A stretch of 64,000 nucleotides of DNA from Macrostomum lignano (taxonomy: Eukaryota). Within the stretch, counting starts at the first letter, position 1; each line of letters begins with the position of its first letter. The notes below the pieces were generated by a model. That model did no database searches and had not been told where the DNA came from. It saw only the letters and a program-made list of their open reading frames with translations. Location: the NCBI GenBank assembly GCA_002269645.1, contig NIVC01000036.1:62001-126000 (forward strand). Direction: 5' to 3'. Shown here in pieces: positions 44,660-57,800 of this stretch. A program made the translations under genes and the position numbers.

Positions 44660-47645
44660 GATATGCAGTGGGGTGTCGGGGATTCAGTGGTGTGTCGGGG
44701 ATTCAGTAGTGTGTCAGGGGATTCAGTGGGGTGTCGGGGATTCAGTAGTGTGTCAGGGGATTCAGTGGGGTGTCAGGGGATTCAGTAGGGTGTCGGGGAT
44801 TCAGTAGGGTGTCGGGGATTCAGTAGGGTGTCAGGGGATTTAGTGGGGTGTCGGGGATTCAGTAGTGTGTCAGGGGATTCAGTGGGGTGTCAGGGGATTC
44901 AGTAGGGTGTCGGGGATTCAGTAGGGTGTCGGGGATTCAGTAGGGTGTCAGGGGATTTAGTGGGCTGTCAGGGGATTCAGTAGGGTGTTAGGGGATTCAG
45001 TGGGGTATCAGGGGATTCAGTGGAATGTCAGGGGATTAAGTGGGGTGTCAGGGGATTCAGTGGGGCGTCAGGGGATTCAGTGGGATGTCAGGGGATTAAG
45101 TGGGGTGTCAGGGGATTCAGTGGGGTGTCAGGGGATTCAGTGGGGTGTCAGGGGATTCAGTGGGGTGTCAGGAGATTCAGTGGGATGTCAGGGGATTCAG
45201 TAGGGTGTCAGGGGATTCAGTGGGGTGTCAGGAGATTCAGTGGGGTGTCAGGGGATTCAGTAGGGTGTCGGGGATTCAGTAGTGTGTCAGGGGATTCAGT
45301 AGGGTGTCAGGGGATTCAGTAGGGTGTCAGAGGATTCAGTAGGGTGTCAGGGGATTTAGTGGGGTGTCAGGGGATTCAGTGGGGTGTCAGGGGATTCAGT
45401 GGGGTGTCAGGGGATTCAGTGGGGTGTCAGGGGATTCAGTAGGGTGTCAGGGGATTCAGTGGGGTGTCAGGGGATTCAGTGGGGTGTCAGGGGATTCAGT
45501 GGGGTGTCAGGGGATTCAGTGGGGTGTCAGGGGATTCAGTGGGGTGTCAGGGGATTCAGTGGGGTGTCAGGGGATTCAGTGGGGTGTCAGGGGATTCAGT
45601 AGGGTGTAAGGGGATTCAGTGGGGTGTCAGGGGATTCAGTGGGCTGTCAGGGGATTCAGTGGGATTTCAGGGGATTCAGTGGGATGTCAGGGGATTAAGT
45701 GGGGTGTCAGGGGATTCAGTGGGGTGTCAGGGGATTCAGTGGGGTGTCAGGGGATTCAGTGGGGTGTCAGGGGATTCAGTGGGGTGTCAGGGGATTCAGT
45801 AGGGTGTCAGGGGATTCAGTGGGGTGTCAGGAGATTCAGTGGGGTGTCAGGGGATTCAGTAGGGTGTCGGGGATTCAGTAGTGTGTCAGGGGATTCAGTA
45901 GGGTGTCAGAGGATTCAGTAGGGTGTCAGGGGATTTAGTGGGGTGTCAGGGGATTCAGTGGGGTGTCAGGGGATTCAGTGGGTGTCAGGGGATTCAGTGG
46001 GGTGTCAGGGGATTCAGTAGGGTGTCAGGGGATTCAGTGGGGTGTCAGGGGATTCAGTGGGGTGTCAGGGGATTCAGTGGGGTGTCAGGGGATTCAGTGG
46101 GGTGTCAGGGGATTCAGTGGGGTGTCAGGGGATTCAGTGGGGTGTCAGGGGATTCAGTAGGGTGTAAGGGGATTCAGTGGGGTGTCAGGGGATTCAGTGG
46201 GGTGTCAGAGGGTTCAGTGGGATGTCAGGGGATTCAGTAGGGTGTCAGGGGATTCAGTGGGGTGTCAGGAGATTCAGTGGGGTGTCAGGGGATTCAGTAG
46301 GGTGTCGGGGATTCAGTAGTGTGTCAGGGGATTCAGTAGGGTGTCAGGGGATTCAGTAGGGTGTCAGGGGATTCAGTAGGGTGTCAGGGGATTCAGTAGG
46401 GTGTCAGGGGATTCAGTAGGGTGTCAGGGGATTTAGTGGGGTGTCAGGGGATTCAGTGGGGTGTCAGGGGATTCAGTGGGGTGTCAGGGGATTCAGTGGG
46501 GTGTCAGGGGATTCAGTAGGGTGTCAGGGGATTCAGTGGGGTGTCAGGGGATTCAGTGGGGTGTCAGGGGATTCAGTAGGGTGTAAGGGGATTCAGTGGG
46601 GTGTCAGGGGATTCAGTGGGGTGTCAGGGGATTCAGTGGGGTTTCAGGGGATTCAGTGGGGTGTCAGATGATTCAGTGGGGTGTCAGGGTATTCAGTGGG
46701 GTGTCAGATGATTCAGTGGGGTGTCAGGGGATTCAGTGGGTGTCAGGGGATTCAGCGGGGTGTCAAATGATTCAGTGGGGTGTCAGGGGATTCAGCGGGG
46801 TGTCAAATGATTCAGTGGGGTGTAAGGGGATTCAGTAGGGTGTAAGGGATTCAGTAGCGAGTAAGGGATTCAGTGGGGTGTCAGAGGATTCAGTGGGGTG
46901 TCAGGGGATTTAATGGGGTGTCATGGGATTCAGTAGCGTGTAAGGGGATTCAGTGGAATGTCAGGGGGATTAAGTGGGGTATCAGGGGATTCAGTGGGGT
47001 GTCAGGGGATTCAGTGGGGTGTCAGATGATTCAGTGGGGTGTCAGGGGATTCAGTGGGGTATCAAGGGATTCAGTGGGGTGTCAGGGGATTCAGTGGCGT
47101 TTCAGGGGATTCAGTATGGTGTCAGGGGATTCAGTAGGGTGTCAGGGGATTCAGTAGGGTGTCAGGGGATTCAGCGGGGTGTCAAATGATTCAGTGGGGT
47201 GTCAGGGGATTCAGTGGGGTGTCAGATGATTCAGTGGGGTGTCAGGGGATTCAGTGGGGTTTCAGGGGATTCAGTGGGGTGTCAGGGGATTCAGTGGGGT
47301 GTCAGGGGATTCAGTAGGGTGTCAGGGGATTCAGTGGGTGTCAGGGGATTTAGTAGGGTGTCAGGGGATTCAGTGGGGTGTCAGGGGATTCAGCGGGGTG
47401 TCAAATGATTCAGTGGGGTGTCAGGGGATTCAGTGGGATGTCAGGGGATTAAGTGGGGTGTCAGGGGATTCAGTGGGGTGTCAGGGGATTCAGTGGGGTT
47501 TCAGGGGATTCAGTGGGGTGTCAGATGATTCAGTGGGGTGTCAGGGTATTCAGTGGGGTGTCAGATGATTCAGTGGGGTGTCAGGGGATTCAGTGGGTGT
47601 CAGGGGATTCAGTGGGGTGTCAGGGGATTCAGTGGGGTGTCAGAG
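44660..47645. repeat. 20-bp satellite (GGGGTGTCAGGGGATTCAGT)n, about 3 kb
   Basis: Read directly from the sequence. Confidence 0.98.
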
Positions 47646-49638
47646 AATGCAGTCAGAGATTCCACGATAGCAGTGAGATTCCACATAAGAAACAGTGAGA
47701 TTCCACATAAGAAACAGTGAGATTCCACGGTGGAAGCAGTGAGATTCCACATAGAGGCCGTGATTGTGCGCAGGTAGCCCGTAATGAATAGACGCGTGGA
47801 AGCGAACAGCCGCTTTTTACTTGGCCCGTTGACAATGGACCCGCAACCCGGCTATTATTAAGCATCGCCCGATAGAGATGCGAGACTGACTGACTTGCCT
47901 GACTTTATTCTTCCTGAGCCAAAGTAATAAAAATAATGAGGCTGAGTCTTGACCGTCTGGTGGCTGCTGTATCAATATTGATATAGATTTACAGTGTACA
48001 CCATTAGGGGTTATATAAAGCTAATCTTATACCAAGTATTTGATACTGAGCTTTAGGAAGATTTAGGGGTTTAGAAAAAAATTCCCATGACAATATTATT
48101 GGATAGATTATGATGCTGCTAGTTGAGGCTAATCCTGATTTAGCACGCGAAGTGAGGAAATTCACGCACCGGATTTTGCTTGGGACTTTTGAAGGGCGAA
48201 TATTGGATGCGGTCTCTGTCGAAGATGGAGGGAATAGGGGGAGAGAGTGATGGAGGGTATTAGAGGCAGAGAGAAGGGGAGAGAGAGTGAGGGAGAGTAT
48301 GAGAGAGGGAGAGAGGGAGAGAGAAGGAGAGAGGGAGAGAGGGACAGAGAAGGAGAGAGGGAGAGAGAGGGAGAGAGTTAGGTAGAGCGAGAAGGGGAGA
48401 GAGACTGAGGGAGAGTATCAGAGAGGGAGAGAGAGAAGGAGAGAGGGAGAGAGGGAGAGAGGAGAGAGGGAGAGAGAGAGAGAGAGGAGAGAGAGGGAGA
48501 GAGAGGAGGAGAGAGGGAGAGAGGGAGAGAGGGAGAGAGGGAGAGAGGGAGAGAGGGAGAGAGAGAAAGAGAGAGGGGGAAAGGGAGAGAGGGAGAGAGG
48601 AGAGAGGAGAGAGGGAGAGAGAGGGAGAGAGGGAGAGAGGAGAGAGGGAGAGAGAGGGAGAGAGGGAGAGAGGAGAGAGAGGAGAGAGAGGGAGAGAGGG
48701 AGAGAGAGAGAGAGAGAGGAGAGAGAGGGAGAGAGGGAGAGAGGGAGAGAGAGAGAGAGGGAGAGAGGGAGAGAGGGAGAGAGGGAGAGAGGGAGAGAGA
48801 GGGAGAGAGAGGGAGAGAGGGAGAGAGGGAGAGAGAGGGAGAGAGGGAGAGAGAGGGAGAGAGGGAGAGAGAGGGAGAGAGGGAGAGAGGGAGAGAGGGA
48901 GAGAGGGAGAGAGAGAGGGAGAGAGAGAGAGGGAGAGAGGGAGAGAGGGAGAGAGAGGGAGAGAGGGAGAGAGAGTGAGGGAGAGAGGGAGAGAGGGAGA
49001 GAGGGAGAGAGGGAGAGAGGGAGAGAGAGGAGAGAGGAGAGAGGAGAGAGAAGGGAGAGTGAGGGAGAGGGAGAAGGGGAGAGAGTGACGGAGAGTATGA
49101 GAGAGGGAGAAGTAGAGAGAGAGTTAGGGAGAGAGAGTGAGGGAGAGAGGGAGAGAGAGGGAGAGAGGGAGAGAGAGGGAGAGAGGGGAGAGAGGGAGAG
49201 AGGGAGAGAGAGGGAGAGAGGGAGAGAGGGAGAGAGAGGGAGAGAGGGAGAGAGAGTGAGGGAGAGAGGGAGAGAGAGGAGAGAGGGAGAGAGAGGGAGA
49301 GAGAGGGAGAGAGGAGAGAGAGGGAGAGGGAGAGAGAGAGGAGAGAGAGGAGAGAGAGGAGAGAGGGAGAGAGTGAGGGAGAGAGGGAGAGAGAGGGAGA
49401 GAGGGAGAGAGGTAGAGAGAGAGAGGAGGAGAGAGGGAGAGAGGGAGAGAGGGAGAGAGGGAGAGAGGGAGAGAGAGGGAGAGAGAGGAGAGAGGGAGAG
49501 AGGGAGAGAGAGGGAGAGAGGGAGAGAGAGGGAGAGAGGGAGAGAGAGGGAGAGAGGGAGAGAGGGAGAGAGAGGAGAGAGAGGGAGAGAGGGAGAGAGA
49601 GGGAGAGAGGGAGAGAGTGAGGGAGAGAGGGAGAGAGA

Positions 49639-50129
49639 GGGGTCCATGAGAATTGCCCGCAGACAAATTGCCCGCCGAGATTTGCCCGCAGGAGATTTGC
49701 CCGTGGAGATTTGCCCGCCGAGCTTTTCCCGCGGAGATTTGCCCGCAGTGCATTTTGCCCGTGAGCGAATTGCCCGTGGAGATTTGCCCGCCGAGATTTG
49801 CCTGCGAGCGAGTTGCCCGCCGAGTTTTTTCCCGCCGAGGTTTGCCCGCAATGCTTTTTTCCTGCAGCGCATTTAGCCACGCGGCAGATTTTGTCTGCAT
49901 TGCCTTCCCAATGCTTAGTAAATCTCAATAAAGAGATTTACATGATCAAAACGTTTTGATAGTAACTGCATATCAAATGCATATTTTTTTAGGGGGGGGG
50001 GGCAATGCAGACAGAATCTAGCTGCCAAATGCGCTGCGGGAAAAAGCATTGCGGGCAAACCTCGGCGGGAAAAAACTCGGCGGGCAATTCTCGGCGGGCA
50101 ATTCGTCTGCGGGCATTTCTCGTGCTCCC
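49639..50129. mobile_element. MITE-like element with imperfect inverted arms built of TTGCCCGC repeats
   Basis: Left GGGGTCCATGAGAATTGCCCGCAGAC; right end is the reverse complement of GGGAGCACGAGAAATGCCCGCAGAC. The core (49930-50030) also occurs inverted at 8839-8925. Confidence 0.7.
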
Positions 50130-50595
50130 AGAGAGAGGGAGAGAGGGAGAGAGAGTGAGGGAGAGAGGGAGAGAGAGGGAGAGAGGGAGAGAGGGAGAGA
50201 GAGTGAGGGAGAGAGGGAGAGAGAGGGAGAGAGGGAGAGAGAGGGAGAGAGGGAGAGAGAGGGAGAGGGAGAGAGGGAGAGAGAGGGAGAGAGGGAGAGA
50301 GAAGGGGAGAGAGAGTGAGGGAGAGTATGAGAGAGGGAGAGAGGGAGAGAGAAGGAGAGAGGGAGAGAGGGACAGAGAAGGAGAGAGGGAGAGAGAGGGA
50401 GAGAGTTAGGTAGAGCGAGAAGGGGAGAGAGACTGAGGGAGAGTATGAGAGAGGAGAGAGAGAAGGAGAGAGGGAGAGAGGGAGAGAGGAGAGAGGGAGA
50501 GAGGAGAGAGGGAGAGGAGAGAGGGAGAGAGAGGAGAGAGAGGGAGAGAGAGGAGGAGAGAGGGAGAGAGAGAGAGAGGGAGAGAGGGAGAGAGG

Positions 50596-50631
<36 letters not shown>

Positions 50632-50714
50632 AGGGAGAGAGGGAGGAGAGAGAGAGAGAGAGAGAGGAGAGAGAGGAGAGGAGAGAGAGAGAGAGAGAGA
50701 GGGAGAGAGAGGAG

Positions 50715-52325
50715 GGCGCCTCCAATCTCGGGCGCTGACACGGTAGAAAGTCAGAAAGGACTGAAAAAAGTCAATTTAAATTGAGTAGCCGATATTTCGA
50801 AATTAAATTTCTTCGTCAGGGCTGTAAGCGAGTGTAGTTTATTTGGCGCGAATTGCCGTCAAAATATAAAGGCGATATCGCCAGGAGAGACGATCGATAA
50901 ATTGATGTGCTCAAGCACTTAAAACAGTGCGATGGTCAGTACATTAAAACGAGTCCGAGACTATGAGAAAAGCGGGGGGTGGCTAAATCTGTACAATTGG
51001 GCCTAGACGACCTTTAAGTGTAGAATAAAAATTGCAAAAATAAATGGCGAAATAAATAGGTAAGGTAAATAAAAATAATTATTAAATGCTCACAGCAAAA
51101 ATGCAGGTGCAGCGTACACAGTGTCAGAAAAATGAATAAAAAGCAGAAAATAAATAATCTGAATAAATCGAAATAAAGTCAATGAAAAAATCACAGAGGG
51201 GAAAATAGCAGTAAAGGAGCCTTTGTACAGCTGATCTCAATTGGCAGAAGCTGGTTCGAGCTGGCTGTGGCAGAGTAGATCCCGAAGGCTCCTCCCTTTA
51301 GTGAAGGCCGGCAGTACAGGGGCATCGCAGTGCTGTGCCACGCCGTCCCTCACCTTGGCAACCAGGGTGTCCGACCCAGCGCAGTGCGGCACAATCAGTG
51401 GGATCGCTAGATTGTGCAGCACCCCGGCCAGCTCGTTGGCGCCATGTGGGACCAGAGTCTTCAGGACCGCGATGAGCTTGGCTTCCCGGCGTTGACGCCG
51501 TTCATTGGCCTTGGACCCAGAGCCGTCTCGCGTCCACACTCCAGTGAAGGCGAAGTCCTCGAGGCTGTGGCCATGGTTGCTGAAGTGGCGGGCCACTGGA
51601 GTGTCGCGTGCGTGCCTGATGTCGCCGACGTGCGCTAGCATGCGGCCGCGGATGCTGTTGACCGTCTCGCCGACGTAGACCGTGCAGCCGCAGCGGCGGC
51701 AGAACACGGTGTAGACGGCGTTGATTGAGTTGCAGTCGATCCTCTGGTTGATGGTGATCGTGACGGTCGTGGACGCGGATCCCGGGCAGACAGAGGTGAA
51801 CCTGGCGTGAAGGCAGCACTTGCACAGCCGGACCGGATTGCAAGGCAGGAAGCCGAACTCCCACTGCCTTGTCGGGTAGAAGCCCAACTCCGCCAGCACC
51901 TCATACTTGACATCGCGTAGAAATTGCCTGTTGTAGCCCTGGTGCTGCGCCAGATTCGACATCAGCTCGGTACAGGCCGCGTCGAAGTCGACTATCTGGG
52001 AGCACCTGCGGGCGTATCTGATGAGCTGGGACTTGACCACACCCTTGAAAGTCCGCCTTGGGTGAAATGAGTCGCGGTGGATAAGAGCTCGGCTGTCCGT
52101 GGGCTTGAAGAAGACTCTGGTCGCCAGACGCTTGGAGTCCCCCTCGCGGTCCCAGAAGACGGTGGTGTCCAGGAAGTTGACCTCGGTGCTGCTGTAGCTC
52201 AGCTGCAACCTGATGTTCGGGTCGAGGCCATCCAGGAGCTCTTGGAAGCGGACCAGCTCGTCTCTCGTTCCATGCCAGGCGCCAAAGATGTCGTCAATGT
52301 AGCGCAGCCACAGGGCGGGCTTCTG
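50715..52325 (-). mobile_element. 5'-truncated Neptune-type PLE, near-identical to 36008-37457, with its 3' end retained
   Basis: Coding from KPALWLRYIDD to PAFTKGRSLRDLLCHSQLEPASAN* (51237); hammerhead in the 3' region. Left boundary approximate. Confidence 0.9.
50787..50823 (-). ncRNA. Minimal type I hammerhead ribozyme
   Basis: AGCC-CUGACGA-A-GAAA(UUUAA)UUUC-GAAA-UA-UC-GGCU: intact core, 4-bp stem I, palindromic AUAU stem III, AUC cleavage triplet. Confidence 0.8.
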
Positions 52326-54834
52326 AGGGAGAGTATGAGAGAGGGAGAGAGAGGAGAGAGAGGGAGAGAGAGGAGGAGAGAGGGAGAGAGGGAGAGAGAG
52401 TGAGGGAGAGAGGGAGAGAGAGGGAGAGAGGGAGAGAGAGGGAGAGAGGGGAGAGAGAGAGAGAGGAGAGAGGGAGAGAGAGGGAGAGAGGGAGAGAGAG
52501 GGAGAGAGGGAGAGAGAGTGAGGGAGAGAGGGAGAGAGGAGAGAGGAGAGAGGGAGAGAGAGTGAGGGAGAGAGGGAGAGAGGGAGAGAGAGGGAGAGAG
52601 GGAGAGAGTGGGAGAGAGGGAGAGAGAGTGAGGGAGAGAGGGAGAGAGAGGGAGAGAGGAGAGAGAGGGAGAGAGGGAGAGAGGAGAGAGAGAGGGGAGA
52701 GAGGGAGAGAGAGGAGAGAGGGAGAGAGGGAGAGAGGGAGAGAGGAGAGAGAGTGAGGAGAGAGGGAGAGAGGGAGAGAGGGAGAGAGGAGAGAGAGGAG
52801 AGAGGGAGAGAGGAGAGAGAAGGGGAGAGTGAGGGAGAGGGAGAAGGGGAGAGAGTGACGGAGAGTATGAGAGAGGGAGAAGTAGAGAGAGAGTTAGGGA
52901 GAGAGAGTGAGGGAGAGAGGGAGAGAGAGGGAGAGAGGGAGAGAGAGGGAGAGAGGGGAGAGAGGGAGAGAGGGAGAGAGAGGGAGAGAGGGAGAGAGGG
53001 AGAGAGAGGGAGAGAGGGAGAGAGTGAGGGAGAGAGGGAGAGAGAGGGAGAGAGGGAGAGAGAGGAGAGAGGGAGAGAGAAAGAGAGAGGGAGAGAGGGA
53101 GAGAGAGGGAGAGAGGGAGAGAGGAGAGAGAAGGGGAGAGTGAGGGAGAGGGAGAAGGGGAGAGAGAGGGAGAGAGGGAGAGAGGGAGAGAGAGGGAGAG
53201 AGGGAGAGAGGAGAGAGAAGGGGAGAGTGAGGGAGAGGGAGAAGGGGAGAGAGTGACGGAGAGTATGAGAGAGGGAGAAGTAGAGAGAGAGTTAGGGAGA
53301 GAGAGTGAGGGAGAGAGGGAGAGAGAGGGAGAGAGGAGAGTGAGGGAGAGAGGGAGAGAGAGGGAGAGAGGGGAGAGAGGAGAGAGAAGGGAGAGTGAGG
53401 GAGAGGAGAAGGGGAGAGAGTGACGGAGAGTATGAGAGAGGGAGAAGTAGAGAGAGAGTTAGGGAGAGAGAGTGAGGGAGAGAGGGAGAGAGAGGGAGAG
53501 AGGGAGAGAGAGGGAGAGAGGGAGAGAGGGAGAGAGGGAGAGAGAGGGAGAGAGGGAGAGAGGGAGAGAGAGGGAGAGAGGGAGAGAGAGTGAGGGAGAG
53601 AGGGAGAGAGAGGGAGAGAGGGAGAGAGAGGAGAGAGGGAGAGAGAAAGAGAGAGGGAGAGAGGGAGAGAGAGGGAGAGAGGGAGAGAGGAGAGAGAAGG
53701 GGAGAGTGAGGGAGAGGGAGAAGGGGAGAGAGTGACGGAGAGTATGAGAGAGGGAGAAGTAGAGAGAGAGTTAGGGAGAGAGAGTGAGGAGAGAGGGAGA
53801 GAGAGGGAGAGAGGGAGAGTGAGGGAGAGAGGGAGAGAGAGGGAGAGAGGGGAGAGAGGAGAGAGAAGGGGAGAGTGAGGGAGAGGGAGAAGGGGAGAGA
53901 GTGACGGAGAGTATGAGAGAGGGAGAAGTAGAGAGAGAGTTAGGGAGAGAGAGTGAGGGAGAGAGGGAGAGAGAGGGAGAGAGGGAGAGTGAGGAGAGAG
54001 GGAGAGAGAGGGAGAGAGGGGAGAGAGGGAGAGAGGGAGAGAGAGGGAGAGAGAGAGAGTGAGGGAGAGAGGGAGAGAGAGGGAGAGAGGGGAGAGAGGG
54101 AGAGAGGGAGAGAGAGGGAGAGAGGGAGAGAGGGAGAGAGAGGGAGAGAGGGAGAGAGAGTGAGGGAGAGAGGGAGAGAGGGAGAGAGGGAGAGGGAGAG
54201 AGAGGGAGAGAGAGTGAGGAGAGAGGAGAGAGAGGGAGAGAGGGAGAGAGGGAGAGAGGGAGAGAGAGGGAGAGAGGGAGAGAGAGGGAGAGAGGGAGAG
54301 AGAGTGAGGGAGAGAGGAGAGAGGAGAGAGAGGGAGAGAGGGAGAGAGAGGGAGAGAGGGAGAGAGAGTGAGGGAGAGAGGGAGAGAGAGGGAGAGAGGG
54401 AGAGAGGGAGAGAGGGAGAGAGAGGGAGAGAGGGAGAGAGGAGAGAGAAGGGGAGAGTGAGGGAGAGGGAGAAGGGGAGAGAGTGACGGAGAGTATGAGA
54501 GAGGGAGAAGGAGAGAGAGAGTGAGGGAGAGTATCTGAGAGGGAGAGAAAAGGGGGAATGAAAACTATGAGCTTCCTCACTCTCCCCTTCTATCAGAGCT
54601 AAAAAATTCAATCATGTCATGCGACTAAAGAAGCCCTACGCTCCACAATTATCCCCTTGAAGCTCAATAGTCTACGAAATTTCTCCCCGAAGAAAAATAA
54701 CAACAGCTAGGCGCTATTTTTAAGCAAGCAGATTTTTTATTACCTATTAGTAAACAGCCGAAGCCTGTAAAATGATTCGACCTTAAACGAAGGTGATTAC
54801 TTCAGGGCTAGAAATTAATTTAGCGTAGTGGACA

Positions 54835-57800
54835 ATTTTCGCACAACCGGCGAGAGGCATTGCTGCCCATTCCACTGACTCCCCTGAGCAGGCACACAAG
54901 CGCGCGGATACGTACGCAGGCACACACTCACACAGGAGTGTACAGCGGCCCTAACTTTATTTATTGTTAGGCATGTACACTTCACTGTGCCTTGGGGGTT
55001 GGTCCTCAAGACTGTTAATTGCACGAGCAGAGCCAAGCCGAGATTCCAATTTAGCCTCAAACTAGCCAATTCCAACCCCCGTTGGGGCTTTCCGTCAGAA
55101 CTCCTACCAAAGTTTTCCCACGCAAAAGAAATTCACCCAACTGAACCCCCCATCCAAAGAATCTCTCTGATGCAAATAATCTCACATGCAAAAAACCCTC
55201 ATCCAAAGAATCCCCATACAAAGAACCCCCATCGACAGAATCCCCGAATCCGAAGAATTCCCCATTCAAGGAATCCTCTATCTGTAGAATTCCCTATTTA
55301 ATGAATCGCCCATCCATAGAATCTCACATGCAAAGAATACCAATCCTTCCCGTCCCATCCCCATCCCATCCCATTGATAGAATCCCCGATCGAAGAATTT
55401 CCCATTCAAGGAATCCTCCCATCTGAAGAATTCCCCGTCCAATGAATCCCTTATTCAAGAAATCCCCCATCCACAGAAACCCTCTATCCAAAGAATCCCC
55501 CCAGCCATCCCTATCCAAAGAATCGCCCATCCATCCCTATCTAAAGAATCCCCCATCCATCCCTATCCCAAGAATCCTCCTATTCATCTTTATCCAAAGA
55601 ATTTCCCCATCCATTCCTATCTAAATAATCCCCCTAACCATCCATATCCAAAAAATTCCTTCTCTAAAAAATCCCTCCTCTAAAGAATTCACATCCTTAA
55701 ATAATCCCCCATCAAAAGAATAATTGGCCAAAGAATCCAGAATCCCCTCATCTAAAGAACCCCCGTTCAAATAACCCCCATCTAAAGAATCATTTATCTA
55801 AAGAACCCCCCATTCAAAAAACCCTCCATCGAAACAATGCCCCACCGAAGAAATTGCCCAAAAATTTATCCATTAGAAGCATCCCTCATCCAAAGAATCA
55901 TCAATCCATAGAATTCCCCCAAGACTTAACATCTCAGCAATTTCCCCAAGCCTCGACACCTCAGAAATTTTCCCTAAGCATTGACATCTAAGCAATTCCG
56001 GCGCAAGCCTTGACATGATACCAATTTCTCCCCGTCCAAAGCCTTGACATCTCAGTAATTCCCCTCCCCAAGCCTTGATATCTCAGTAATTCTCCCAGTA
56101 AGCCTTGATATCTCAGTAATTCCTCCAGTAAGTCTTGACATCTCAGCAATTTCTCCCCGTCCAAAGCCTTGGCATCTTAGCGATTCCCCTCCCCGAGACT
56201 TAAGACCTCAGCAATTCCTTTTTAAGCCTTCACACCTCAGCAATTCCCCCCACAAGCCTTGACATCTCAGCGATTCCCCCACAAGCCTTGGCATCTCAGC
56301 AAGTCCCTCTTAAGCCTTCACATGTCATTAATTCCCCAAGGTAAGATTTTATACATGTATCTCAATAATTCCCCTTGTAAATCTTGACATCTTAAAATTC
56401 TCTTCCGAGCAAGCATCCCCCAAGAGCAAGCGTCCTTCCGATAGCAAGCATCCCCTGATAGAAAGTACCCCCAGCAAGATTAGTGAAGCAATTTCCTCAG
56501 CTAGCCAATTCCAACTCCCGTTGGGGCTTTCCGTCCAAACTCCAGCCACAGTTTTCCTACGCAATAAAATTTCACCCAACTGAATCTCCCATACAAAGAA
56601 TCCCTCATCCAAAGAATACACCACCCATAAAATCCACGATACAAAGAATCTCACATGCAAAGAAGCCGCCATCCAAAAAACCTCCCATCGATAGAATCAC
56701 CGATCCCAAGAATTCCCCATTCAAGGAATTCTCCTATCTGAAGAATTGCCCATCCATAGAATCTTACATGCAGAGAATCCCCATCCAAAGAGCCCCCATC
56801 GATAGAATCCCCGATCCGAAGAATCCCCCTATCCATCCCTATCCAAAAAATCCCCGACCTCCATCCATATCAAAAAATCCCCCATCCAAAGAACCCCTAT
56901 CAATAGAATCCCGGATCCAAAGAATTTCCCATTCAAGGACTTCTCCTATCTGAAGAATTTCCCATCCAATGCATTGCCCATCCATAACATCTCACATGCA
57001 AAGAATCCCATTCAAAAGAATCTTTATTTAAAGAATCCCTCATTCACAGAATCCCCATCGAAAGAATCCTCCACCCATTCATATCCAAAGAATCCCCCAT
57101 CCATTCCTAACTAAAGAATCTCCCTCCAAAGAATCCCCATGCAAATAATCCACGTCCAAATAATCCCCATCCACAGAATCTCCATCCACATTATCCATTG
57201 ATTCTCCCATCAAAAGAATAACTGGCCAAAGAATACCTTCATCTAAAAAACCCGTTCAAAAAATTCACGTCCAAATAATCCCAATCAACAGAATCCCCCA
57301 TTCAAGGAATCCAAAGAATCTCCCATCCAAATAATCCGCCCATTAATAGAATTCTTGGCCAAAGAATCCCCTCATCTCCTCGAGATATCCATTAGAAGCA
57401 TCTCTCGTTCAAAGATTCCCCAATCCATAGAATTCCCCCCAAGACTTAACATCTCAGCAATTCCCACCAAGCCTTGACACCTCAGAAATTCCCTCCAAGC
57501 CTTGACATCTCAGCAATTCACTCTTAAGCCTTGGCATCTCAGTAATTCTCTCAGTAAGCCCTTATATCTCAGTAATTCCCCCAGTAAGTCTTGACATCTC
57601 AGCAATTCCCCTCACGTCTTGATATTTCAGCAATTCCCTCTCAGCCTTGGCATCTCAGTTTAATAAAAATTTTTGAATATGGACTACATGAATACTCGTA
57701 GCTTCTCTTCTACCTGATTTACCTGACGTTTTTTTAGTTTTCTTTAGCTTAAAAGTTTAAAATTAATTTTTTTTAATAAAAAAGCTTTTACAAATTAAAA

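Larger units (their letters stand above)
48230..54545. repeat. Homopurine (GA/GGGAGAGA)-rich satellite, interrupted by a MITE and a PLE
   Basis: Read directly; a recurring higher-order unit contains GAGTATGAGAGAGGGAGAAG. Confidence 0.95.
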
